A stretch of DNA of 63,559 nucleotides, counting the filler, from Octopus bimaculoides (Eukaryota): assembly GCF_001194135.2 (NCBI RefSeq). It is 6 parts of 5 records of this genome, joined end to end, with 100 filler letters (N's around TTAATTAATTAA, not from the genome) between each part and the next. Parts side by side here need not be neighbours in the genome. Positions count along the whole stretch, not along the records: positions 1 to 13,060 come from NC_069007.1; positions 13,161 to 20,044 come from NW_026349933.1; positions 20,145 to 44,772 come from NC_068989.1; 3 more parts are not named here. The stretch is one strand, 5' to 3'. Positions 10,901 through 20,148 of the stretch are shown here, one piece after another. The position numbers and the translations under genes were made by a program. The notes beneath the pieces were generated by a model, which had not been told where the DNA came from, ran no database searches, and worked only from the letters and a program-made list of their open reading frames with translations. Each line of letters opens with the position of its first letter. Within the stretch, counting starts at the first letter, position 1.

Positions 10901-12487
10901 NNNNNNNNNNNNNNNNNNNNNNNNNNNNNNNNNNNNNNNNNNNNNNNNNNNNNNNNNNNNNNNNNNNNNNNNNNNNNNNNNNNNNNNNNNNNNNNNNNNN
11001 NNNNNNNNNNNATATATATATATACACAACGAGCTTCTTCCAGTTTCTATCTCTGAAATCCACTTACAAGGCTTTGGTTGGCCTGAGGGTTGGGTAGAGG
11101 ACACTTGACCAAGGTGTAACGCAGTGGGACTGAGCCCGGAACCATGTGGCTGGGAAGCAAACTTCTTACCACACAGCCGTGCGGATATATACATATATAT
11201 ATACGACAAGCTTCTTTCAGTTTCCATCTCCCAAATCCACTTACAAGGCTTTAGTCAGCCCAAGGCTACAGTAGAAGGCACTTGCCCAAGGTTCTAAGCA
11301 GTGGGACTGAACCCAGAACCATGTGGTCAGGAAGCAAACTTCTTACCACACAGCCATTCCTGCACCTAAATTATTTATAAAAAACAAAAATTTCCATCTC
11401 ACCAAATTCTATTCAATGCCTGTCCAAGATAATGTATTTCAAGAGAAATATGGTAACATAAGGATTGAGATATGAATACATCTGCCAATGCTAACCACTG
11501 TTAAACTTAAGCGTCTTCCTTCTCTGTTCAGGTTGCGAACAGAAGTGTCTTTGGAACCAATTTGTTAGACTCACAGAAGAATCATTGACTGCAAACATTG
11601 AGTTAGAATGCGAACTACCTCAAGATTCATGTAAGTTTTTGTTGTTAAACCTGTTGGTTCTGTTTTTTTGTTTGTGGTTGTTTTTTACTTTTTTCTCCTT
11701 TTGATACTCAAAGCACGTTTCGCGATTTGCTGCTGCTCCCCCCCCTTCCTACCATTACTCCTCGCCCCACCCAAATTACTAAAATTGCTGCATCTGCTGA
11801 AGCTACCACTAATGCTAATAACTACTATTACTGTTGTTGTTGTTGTTAGGGTCGTTGAATGCGTGGCAGTTTTTAACCCTTTAGCATTTAAACCGGCTAC
11901 ATCCAGCCCACATTTTCTACCTGTTTTATCTCTGGATTGGCCAGATCTGGCCTCTCACACCTGCCCTACAATGCCATTTTATAAATAAACAATCACATGG
12001 TCAAAATCTCAAAGCTATGAGATAATGCTTATATAAATAAGCATTATCTCAAATAAATAAGCGTTTGACAAAGTAATCTGAATGCTAAAGGGTTAAAGAA
12101 CAAAGTACAAGAAACCCAAATTACCCCCTTTAAGGGTCTGCAGCATAGGGCTCACACAGTTGACATAATCCTGACATTACATTACACTTTTTTTTTGCAT
12201 AAGCCTAAGTCCCTTGTTTATGAAAATAAGGCGTGAAACAGTTGTGCTGATGATTGCTATTGAGGCAGAAACACATGACTTGATACTTGAAATTATCTCC
12301 CCTCCTCAAGCAGAGCTGATCTTAATTGCTGTTTTGATAATAATAAGACATCCTCTAGAAGTGGAGATAATTTTAATTAATCAAGAATTTGTCATATGGT
12401 ACTTGATATACCCGTATTTCTCTTATAGTATTCAAGAATATGCCACTGGCCTCTTTGAGTTATTTCCCATTGCTTGTTTTTGTTTAA
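3091..12487 (+). CDS. ACP2-like: Histidine acid phosphatase (lysosomal/prostatic acid phosphatase family), spliced; 10 coding exons identified, 5' signal-peptide exon not found
   Basis: Exons 3091-3183, 4589-4675, 5950-6102, 6452-6547, 7430-7516, 8648-8771, 9106-9191, 10336-10510, 11532-11630, 12429-12487 all have AG/GT boundaries with compatible phases and sum to 1059 nt (352 aa + TAA). Contains RHGDRSP, RST-D-RTLMSA, WQPIPVH, YSA-HD and PPYASC, motifs recalled from ACP2/ACP3. Exact orthology (ACP2 vs ACP3/ACP4) is not resolvable by eye. Confidence 0.93.
3520..3730 (-). mobile_element. 3' end of a non-LTR retrotransposon (RTE-like) with (TGA)n tail
   Basis: Minus strand ends ...CCAACCCATGCTAGCATGGAAAGCGGACGTTAAATGATGATGATGATG; absent from the duplicated site at 3970-4050. 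The RTE assignment is from recall of such tails. Confidence 0.6.
4589..4675 (+). CDS. ACP2-like: Acid phosphatase exon: [29 protein letters not shown]
   Basis: AAG acceptor, GTGAAT donor, phase 0/0; family motif G-x-Q-x-ELG-x-LR-RY-GFL. Confidence 0.95.
4730..4950 (-). mobile_element. SINE family A fragment in acid phosphatase intron
   Basis: GGCCATGCTGGAG...GTAAGCCTAG...GGGGACGTAAACACACCAACATCGG, followed by CA/TA microsatellite. Confidence 0.8.
5545..5650 (-). mobile_element. SINE family A tRNA-like head
   Basis: Minus strand reads GGCGTGGCTGTGTGGTAAGAATCTTGCTTTCCAACCACATGGCTCCAGGTTCAGTCCC (A-box- and B-box-like). Confidence 0.85.
5950..6102 (+). CDS. ACP2-like: Acid phosphatase exon: [51 protein letters not shown]
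   Basis: TAG acceptor, GTAAGA donor, 153 nt open; RSTD-DRTLMSA and [10 protein letters not shown] motifs. Confidence 0.97.
6452..6547 (+). CDS. ACP2-like: Acid phosphatase exon: [32 protein letters not shown]
   Basis: TTTTGCAG acceptor, GTGAGA donor, phase 0/0; LL...CP-Y motif. Confidence 0.9.
6590..6890 (-). mobile_element. tRNA-derived SINE (head GACCCAGTGGTTAGGGTGTTGCAC...GGTTCAATTCCC)
   Basis: A/B-box-like head on minus strand; body shares TGTGTTCTTGAGCAAGACACT and CCCCAGTCCACTCA with the SINE at 43232-43491. Confidence 0.75.
7016..7379 (+). mobile_element. Apparently full-length tRNA-derived SINE with 12-bp TSD and (CAA)n tail
   Basis: A-box TGGCCCAGTGG, B-box GTTTCGATTCCC, tail GTGCCAACAACAACA; ACTGACAACATG repeated at 7004-7015 and 7380-7391; related 3' half at 34196-34370 (minus). 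Confidence 0.9.
7430..7516 (+). CDS. ACP2-like: Acid phosphatase exon: [29 protein letters not shown]
   Basis: TTTCAG acceptor, GTAAGT donor; VYD-LFC motif. Confidence 0.93.
8648..8771 (+). CDS. ACP2-like: Acid phosphatase exon: [41 protein letters not shown](G)
   Basis: TTTTTGCAG acceptor, GTGAGT donor, ends phase 1; H-x-x-LP-WA and L-GG motifs. Confidence 0.93.
9106..9191 (+). CDS. ACP2-like: Acid phosphatase exon: (G)[28 protein letters not shown]
   Basis: TTTCAG acceptor, GTAAGT donor, phase 1/0; K-x-x-YSA preceding HD. Confidence 0.94.
10336..10510 (+). CDS. ACP2-like: Acid phosphatase exon: [58 protein letters not shown](G) (catalytic HD)
   Basis: CTCAG acceptor, GTATGT donor, phase 0/1; HD proton-donor motif and PPYASC. 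Confidence 0.97.
10560..10805 (+). mobile_element. SINE family B, degraded
   Basis: TGGCAGAATCGTTAGCAC...GGTTCAGATTCT...GAGGTCAACTTTGC...AAGTACCAGT, matching copies at 37229 and 30755. Confidence 0.75.
10805..11360 (-). mobile_element. Cluster of three SINE family A heads in same orientation
   Basis: GCAGTGGGACTGA(G/A)CCC...AACCATGT...GGAAGCAA...TTCTTACCACA recurs at about 10805-10870, 11100-11180 and 11280-11355. Confidence 0.85.
11532..11630 (+). CDS. ACP2-like: Acid phosphatase exon: (G)[32 protein letters not shown]
   Basis: TTCAG acceptor, GTAAGT donor, phase 1/1; GC-x-x-C...EC cysteine pattern. Confidence 0.93.
12429..12487 (+). CDS. ACP2-like: Putative terminal exon of acid phosphatase: (L)[18 protein letters not shown]
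   Basis: Acceptor CCCGTATTTCTCTTATAG, phase-compatible with previous exon, hydrophobic end then TAA; AATAAA at 12628-12633. No homology motif confirms it. Confidence 0.55.
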
Positions 12488-13104
12488 GTTTATGGAAATT
12501 ACCCAGGCCATAAATGGTTTCTATTCTTCTTGTTATAAGTCTAAGTCCATTGTCTACTTGAGATAAGGGTCGATGACAGTTATTGAGGTAGAAACATGTA
12601 TCCACAAATATCTTCTTATCTCCAGACAATAAACCTGTCTTTTCCCCTGTAATGCCATATCAGCTTCAGAGAATTCTTGATTCTTGAGATTATCTCTCCC
12701 TTGTCAAGTGGCAGCCGTTCCTTCTATTTGAACTTGCTGCCCCATGGAATATTATCTGCTCTCACTTGTCAAGTACACCCACCATTTATTTATTTATTTA
12801 TACATTGTTTATGTTTCAATAGTTCTGTTCTCCAGTTGTTGTTTGATGTATTCCTGGATGTGCACAGGGCCCAAAATTGATAATCTGAAAAATTATTGTC
12901 TTTCAATTAAGGAAACACTGCTGCTTTTTTGAGTATTAACCATCACAACTACGGTCTTACCGCTGCCTGCAGCAATACTAACATCGGCTGTTAATTCTTG
13001 GTGCTTCAAATACTAAAGCTTTCGAGGGTTTTTTTTTCTTTCTTTTTTTTTTTTTTTTTTNNNNNNNNNNNNNNNNNNNNNNNNNNNNNNNNNNNNNNNN
13101 NNNN

Positions 13105-13116
13105 TTAATTAATTAA
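13105..13116. other. Artificial scaffold linker TTAATTAATTAA (stops in all six frames) within N run
   Basis: Same 12-mer flanked by 44 N recurs five times; here the left N run is 64 long. Confidence 0.95.
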
Positions 13117-13160
13117 NNNNNNNNNNNNNNNNNNNNNNNNNNNNNNNNNNNNNNNNNNNN

Positions 13161-13557
13161 CTATCTCTCTGTCTCTCTCTCTCTGTCTCTATCTCTTTCT
13201 CTGTCTCTCTGTCTCTGTATCTCAGACTCTCTCAGATACTCTCTCTAAGACTCTCTCGCTCATCTCTCACTTGCTCCACACTCTCTGTCTCCTCTCTTTC
13301 CCTTGCACCTCTATCTCGCTCCTCTTTCTCTCTCTCGCTCCTCTTTCTCTCTCTCGCTCCTCTTTCTCTCTCTCGCTCCTCTCTCCCTCCTCATTCTCTC
13401 TTGCTCCCTTCCCTCTTCCTCCTCACTCTCTTGCTCCTCTCCCTCTTCCTCCTCACTCTCTTGCTCCTATCTCGTTCTTCTCTCTATCTTGCTCCTATCA
13501 TTTTTGCTCCTCTCTCTGTTGCACCTCTCTCTCTACCGCTCTTACTAACGAAAAGTA
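13161..13557. repeat. Pyrimidine-rich (CT) module of composite satellite, ending in CCGCTCTTACTAACG junction
   Basis: Colinear landmarks with 18240-18720 (CTCAGACTCTCTC, TTGCTCCACACTC, ATCATTTTTGCTCCT, CCGCTCTTACTAAC). Confidence 0.9.
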
Positions 13558-14609
13558 NNNNNNNNNNNNNNNNNNNNNNNNNNNNNNNNNNNNNNNNNNN
13601 NNNNNNNNNNNNNNNNNNNNNNNNNNNNNNNNNNNNNNNNNNNNNNNNNNNNNNNNNNNNNNNNNNNNNNNNNNNNNNNNNNNNNNNNNNNNNNNNNNNN
13701 NNNNNNNNNNNNNNNNNNNNNNNNNNNNNNNNNNNNNNNNNNNNNNNNNNNNNNNNNNNNNNNNNNNNNNNNNNNNNNNNNNNNNNNNNNNNNNNNNNNN
13801 NNNNNNNNNNNNNNNNNNNNNNNNNNNNNNNNNNNNNNNNNNNNNNNNNNNNNNNNNNNNNNNNNNNNNNNNNNNNNNNNNNNNNNNNNNNNNNNNNNNN
13901 NNNNNNNNNNNNNNNNNNNNNNNNNNNNNNNNNNNNNNNNNNNNNNNNNNNNNNNNNNNNNNNNNNNNNNNNNNNNNNNNNNNNNNNNNNNNNNNNNNNN
14001 NNNNNNNNNNNNNNNNNNNNNNNNNNNNNNNNNNNNNNNNNNNNNNNNNNNNNNNNNNNNNNNNNNNNNNNNNNNNNNNNNNNNNNNNNNNNNNNNNNNN
14101 NNACTAACGGAAAATAACGGAAACTAACGCTTTCTCGCCCTCTCTATCTCTCTCTTTCTCATTAAACATCATCGTCAAATGTCATGAAACACCGACATCC
14201 ATCAGACATCTTCATCAAAACTTTGAAACATCAAATGATTTTGCCAAACATCTTCAATCATTTTCATCAAATATTTTCATCAATTATTTTTATCAAACAT
14301 CTTCATTAAACGTGTTTGATAAAGATGTACGTCGGTGCCTACGTTAATATGTATTCTCCTCTCTCTTGTTTTTCTCTGTCTCTCTCGCTCCTCTCTCTTT
14401 CATTGTGCTCTCTCTCTCCCTCTTCTCTGTCTCTCCCTCCTCTCTCTCTCACACTTCTCTCTCTATCTCTCCTCCCGCTCCTCTCTCTCGCACTTCTCTC
14501 TCTCTCGCTCCTCTCTCTCTCTCGCTCTGCTCTCTCTATCGTTCTTCTCTCTCTCGCTCATCTCTCTCTCTCGTTCCTCTCTCTCTCGCTCTTCTCTCTC
14601 CCACTCCTT

Positions 14610-17600
14610 ACTAACGAGAAGTAACGGAAACTGAGGAAAGTAACGGAAACTAACGGAAACTAAGAGAAAGTAAGAGAAAGTAACAGAAAGTAACAGAAAT
14701 TAAGGGAAAGTAACGGAAACCAACGGAAACTAACGAAAGTAACGGAAACTTACGGAAATTAACAGAAAGTAATGGGAACTAACGGAAACTAACGGAAATT
14801 AACTGAAACTAACAAAAAGTAACGGAAACTAACGGGAAGTAACAGAAACGAGCGGAAACTAAGGAAAAGTAACGGAAACTAACGGAAACTAACGGGAAGT
14901 AATGCAAACTAGCGAAAACTAAGGAAAAGTAAAGGAAACTAACGGAAACTATCGGCAAGTAACGCGAACTAACGGGAAGTAACGGAAAGTAACGGAAACT
15001 ATCGGGAATTAACGGAAACTAACGGAAAGTAAAGGAAGTTAACGGAACCTAACGGAAAGTAACGGAAACTAACGGAAACTAGCGGAAACTAACGAATAGT
15101 AACGGAAAATAACGGGAGCTAACGGGAACTAACGTAAATAACGGAAATTAACGGAAACTAACGAATAGTAACGGAAACTAACGGAAACTAACGGGAACTA
15201 ACGGAAATAACGGACACTAACGGAAAGCAACGGAAACTAACGGACACTAACAGAAAGTAAGGTAAACTAACGAAAAATAAGGGAAATTAACGGAACCTAA
15301 CGGAAAGTAACGGAAATAACGGAAACTAGCGGAAACTAACGGAAACTAACGGAATGTAACATAAACTAACGAAAACTAACGGATACTAACGGTAACTAAC
15401 GGGAATTAACGGAAACTAAGGAGAAGTAGCGGAAACTACCGGAAATAACGGAAGGTGACGGAAACTAATGAAAACCAACTAAAAGCAACGGAAACTAACG
15501 GAAACTAACGGAAAGTAAGGGAAACTAACGGAAACTAACGGGAACTGACGTAAATGACGGAAACTAACGGCAGGTAACGGAAAGTAACGGAAACTAACGG
15601 AAACTATCGGCAAGTAACGGAAACTAACGGGAACTAACAGAAAGTAACGGAAACTAACGGAAATTAACAGAACCTAACGGAAAGTAACGGAAACTAACGG
15701 GAATTAACGGTAAGTAACGGAAAGTAACGGAAACTAACGAAAACTAACGGAAACTAACGGGAATTAACGGAAACTAAGCAAAAGTAACGGAAACTACCGG
15801 AAATAACGGAAGGTAACGGAAACTAATCAAAACTAACTGAAAGCAACGGAAACTAACGGAAACTAACAGAAAGTAAGGGAAACTAACGGAAAGTAACGGA
15901 AACTAACGGGAATTAACGGACACTAACGGAAAATAACGAAAATTAACGGACAGTGACGGAGACAAATGGGAACTATTGGAAAATAACGGAAAGTAACAGA
16001 AACTATCGGCAAGTAACGCAAACTAACGGAAAGTGACGGAAACTAACGGAAACTAACAGAAAGTAAGAGAAAGTAACAGAAAGTAACAGAAATTAAGGGA
16101 AAGTAACGGAAACCAACGGAAACTAACGAAATAACGGAAACTTACGGAAATTAACGGGAAGTAACAGAAACTAGCGGAAACTAACGAAAAGTAACGGAAA
16201 CTAACGGAAATAGNNNNNNNNNNGAAATAACGGAAACTAACGGAAACTATCGGGAAGTAACGGAAACTCGCGGAAACTAACGAAAAGTAACGGAAACTAA
16301 CGGAAATAGCGGAAACTAACGGAAATAACGGAAACTAACGGAAACTATCGGGAAGTAACGGAAACTCGCGGAAACTAACAAAAAAGTAACGGAAACCAAC
16401 AGAAACAAACGAGAACTAACGGAAATAAAGGAAACAAACGCGAAGCAAGAGAAACTAACGGAAACTAACAGAAAATAAGGGAAACTAACGGAAGATAAGG
16501 GAAACTAACGGAAAGTAACGGAAACTATCGGGAATTAACGGAAACTAACGGAAAGTAACGGAAGTTAACGGAACCTAACGGAAAGTAACGGAAACTAGCG
16601 GAAACTAACGGAAATAATGGAAATTAGCGGAAACTAACGGAAAGTAACGGAAAGTAACGGAAAGTAACAGAACCTAATGGAAAGTAACGGAAACTAACGG
16701 GAATTAACGGAAAGCAACGGAAACTAACGAAAACTAACGGAAACTAACGGTAACTAATGGGAACTAACGGAAACTAAGGAAAAGTAACGGAAACTACCAG
16801 AAAAAAAACGGAAGGTAACGGATACTAATGAAAACTAACTGAACGCAACGAAACTAACGGAAATTAACGGAAAGTAACGGAAACTAATGGAAAGTAACGG
16901 AAAGTAAGAGAAATTAACGGAAAGTAACGGAACCAAACGGAAACTAACGGAAAGTAACGGAAACTAATGGAAAGTAACGGAAACTAACGGAAACTAACGG
17001 AAAGTAACGGAAACTAACGGACAGTGACGGAGACAAACGGGAACTATTTGAAAGTAACGGAAAGTAACAAAAACTATCGGCAAGTAACGCAAACTAACGG
17101 AAAGTAACGGAAACTTACGGAAATTATCAGAAAGTAATGGAAACTAACGGAAATAGCGGAAACTAACGGAAATAACGGAGACTAACGGAAACTATCGGGA
17201 AGTAACGCAAACTAACGGGAAGTAAAGGAAACTAGCGGGATGTAACGGAAACTAGCGGAAACTAACGGGAAGTAACAGAAACTAGCGGAAACTAAGGAAA
17301 AGTAACGGAAACTAACGGAAATAGCGGAAACTAACGGAAATAACGGAAACTAACGGAAACTATCGGGAAGTAACGCAAACTAACGGGAAGTAACGGAAAC
17401 TAGCGGGAAGTAACGGAAGTTAACGGAAGTTAACGGAAAGTAACGGAAACTAACGGAAACTAGCGGAAATAACGTAAACTAGCGGAAACTGACGGAAAGT
17501 AACGGAAATTAACAGAACCTAATGGAAAGTAACGGAAACTAACGGGAATTAACGGAAAGTAACGAAAACTAACGGAAACTAACGGTAACTAACGGGAACT

Positions 17601-17811
17601 AACGGAAACTAAGGAAAAGTAACGGAAACTACCGGGAAAAACGGAAGGTAACGGAAACTAATGAAAACTAACTGAACGCAACGAAACTAACGGAAACTAA
17701 CGGAAGGTAACGGAAACTAACGGAAACTAACGGAAACTAACGGTAACTAACGTAAACTAACGGATAGTAACGGAAAGTAACGGAAACTAACGGAAACTAA
17801 CGGAAAGTAAC
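14610..17811. repeat. 10-bp satellite array, consensus TAACGGAAAC/TAACGGAAAG, about 3.2 kb (about 320 monomers)
   Basis: Direct tandem repeats of TAACGGAAA(C/G/T) with frequent single-base variants and 9-bp monomers. Confidence 0.98.
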
Positions 17812-18708
17812 TCTTTCTCGCCCTCTCTGTCTCTCTCTCAGTCTATCTCTTGCTCAATCTCTGTCTCTCCGTCCCTGTCTCTGTCTCTGTCTTGCTCTTC
17901 TCTGTCTCTCTCGCTCCTCTCTCTTTCGCTACGCTCTCTCTCCCTCTTCACTCTCTCCATCTTCTCTCTCTCCCTCTTCTCTCTCTCCCTGTTCCCTCTC
18001 TCTCCCTCCTCTCTCTCCCACTCCTCTCCATCGCTCCTCTCTCTCTCGCAATTCTCTCTCTCGCTCCTCTCTCTCTGTCGCTCTGCTCTCTCTATCGTTC
18101 CTCTCTCTCTCGCTCGTCTCACACTCGTCCCTCTCTCTCTTGCTCATCTCTCTCTCTCGCTCCTCTCTCTCTCTCTCGCTCCTCTCTCTCCCAATCCACT
18201 CTCTCACTCTCACTCTCTCTGTCTCTCTCTCTCACACTCTCTCTCAGACTCTCTCTATCTCAGACTCTCTCTATCTCAGACTCTCTCTCAGACTCTCTCT
18301 CTATCTCAGTCTCTCTCTCTCGCTGCTCTCTCGCTATTCTCTCACTTGCTCCACTCTCTCACTCTCTCGCTCCTCCATCACTCGCTCTTCTCTTTCTCTC
18401 GCTCCTCTCTTTCTCTCGCTATTTACTCTCTCTTGCTCCACACTCTCTCTCGCTCCTCTCTCTCCCTTGCTCGTCTCTCTCTCTCGCTCCACTCTCTCTC
18501 TCGCTTCACACTCTCTCGCTCCTCTCTTTCCCTTGCTCCTCTCTCTCTCTCGCTCCTATTTCTCTCTCTCGCTCCTCTCTCGCTCCTCTTTTTCTCTTGC
18601 TCCTCCCCCTCTTCCTCCTCACTCTCTTGCTCCTATTTCGTTCTTCTCTCTATCCTTCTATCATTTTTGCTCCTTTCTCTGTTGCTCCTCTCTCTCTATG
18701 CCGCTCTT
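17812..18708. repeat. Pyrimidine-rich (CT) module, about 0.9 kb
   Basis: Begins CTCTTTCTCGCCCTCTCT after satellite, ends CCGCTCTTAC before next satellite block. Confidence 0.92.
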
Positions 18709-18853
18709 ACTAACAAAAACTAACGGAAACTAACGGAAACTAACGAAAATAACGGAAACTAACGGAAAGCAAAGGAAACTAACGGATAGTAACGGAAATT
18801 AACGGAAACTAACGGAAACTAACGGAAACTAACGGAAACTAACGGAAAGTAAC
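18709..18853. repeat. Short block of the 10-bp TAACGGAAAC satellite
   Basis: About 14 tandem monomers between two CT modules. Confidence 0.95.
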
Positions 18854-20044
18854 TCTTTGTCGCCCTCTCTGTCTCTCTCTCAGTCTCTCTCTGTTTCGCT
18901 CAATCTCTGTCTCTCTGTCCCTGTCTCTGTCTCTGTCTCTGTCTGTCTGTATTTCTTTNNNNNNNNNNNNNNNNNNNNNNNNNNNNNNNNNNNNNNNNNN
19001 NNNNNNNNNNNNNNNNNNNNNNNNNNNNNNNNNNNNNNNNNNNNNNNNNNNNNNNNNNNNNNNNNNNNNNNNNNNNNNNNNNNNNNNNNNNNNNNNNNNN
19101 NNNNNNNNNNNNNNNNNNNNNNNNNNNNNNNNNNNNNNNNNNNNNNNNNNNNNNNNNNNNNNNNNNNNNNNNNNNNNNNNNNNNNNNNNNNNNNNNNNNN
19201 NNNNNNNNNNNNNNNNNNNNNNNNNNNNNNNNNNNNNNNNNNNNNNNNNNNNNNNNNNNNNNNNNNNNNNNNNNNNNNNNNNNNNNNNNNNNNNNNNNNN
19301 NNNNNNNNNNNNNNNNNNNNNNNNNNNNNNNNNNNNNNNNNNNNNNNNNNNNNNNNNNNNNNNNNNNNNNNNNNNNNNNNNNNNNNNNNNNNNNNNNNNN
19401 NNNNNNNNNNNNNNNNNNNNNNNNNNNNNNNNNNNNNNNNNNNNNNNNNNNNNNNNNNNNNNNNNNNNNNNNNNNNNNNNNNNNNNNNNNNNNNNNNNNN
19501 NNNNNNNNNNNNNNNNNNNNNNNNNNNNNNNNNNNNNNNNNNNNCGCTCCTCTCTCTCTCTCTCGCTCCTCTCTCTCCCAATCCACTCTCTCTCTCACTC
19601 TCTCTCTCTCACTCTCTCTGTCTCTCTCTCACGCTCTCTCTCAGACCCTCTCTCTATCTCAGACTCTTTCTCTATCTCAGACTCTCTCTCTCGCTCCACT
19701 CTCTCACTCTCTCGCTCCTCCATCACTCCCTCTTCTCTCTCTCTCGCTCCTCTTTTTCTCTCGCTATTTACGCTCTCTTGCTCCACCCTCTCTCTCACTC
19801 CTCTCTCTCCTTTGCTCGTCTCTCTCTCTCTCGCTATTCTGTTTCTCTCTCGCTCTTCTCTCTCTGGCTCCACACTATCTCTCGCTCCTCTCTTTTCTTA
19901 GCTCCTCACTCTCTCGCTCCTCTTTCTCTCTCTGGCTCCTCTTTCTCTCTCTCGCTCCTCTCTCTCTTTTCATTCTCTCTTGCTCCTCTCCCTCTTCCTT
20001 CTCACTCTCTTGCTCCTATCTCGTTCCTCTCTCTCGCCCTATTC
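18854..20044. repeat. Pyrimidine-rich (CT) module, gapped copy
   Basis: Start matches 17812-17900; 19545-20044 matches 18160-18650. Confidence 0.9.
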
Positions 20045-20088
20045 NNNNNNNNNNNNNNNNNNNNNNNNNNNNNNNNNNNNNNNNNNNN

Positions 20089-20100
20089 TTAATTAATTAA
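20089..20100. other. Artificial scaffold linker
   Basis: 44 N + TTAATTAATTAA + 44 N (20045-20144). Confidence 0.95.
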
Positions 20101-20148
20101 NNNNNNNNNNNNNNNNNNNNNNNNNNNNNNNNNNNNNNNNNNNNATAA

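Noticed and set aside
14610-17811. Satellite as a CRISPR array, telomere repeat or repetitive protein
   Set aside because: No unique spacers; not a TTAGGG/TTAGG-type motif; stops recur every 30 nt in each frame on both strands (TAA on +, TAG on -)
17838-19873. Ser/Leu-rich (+) and Arg/Glu-rich (-) ORFs up to 287 aa
   Set aside because: Translations of the CT module; pyrimidine-only sequence cannot form stops on the + strand, and all frames are similarly open
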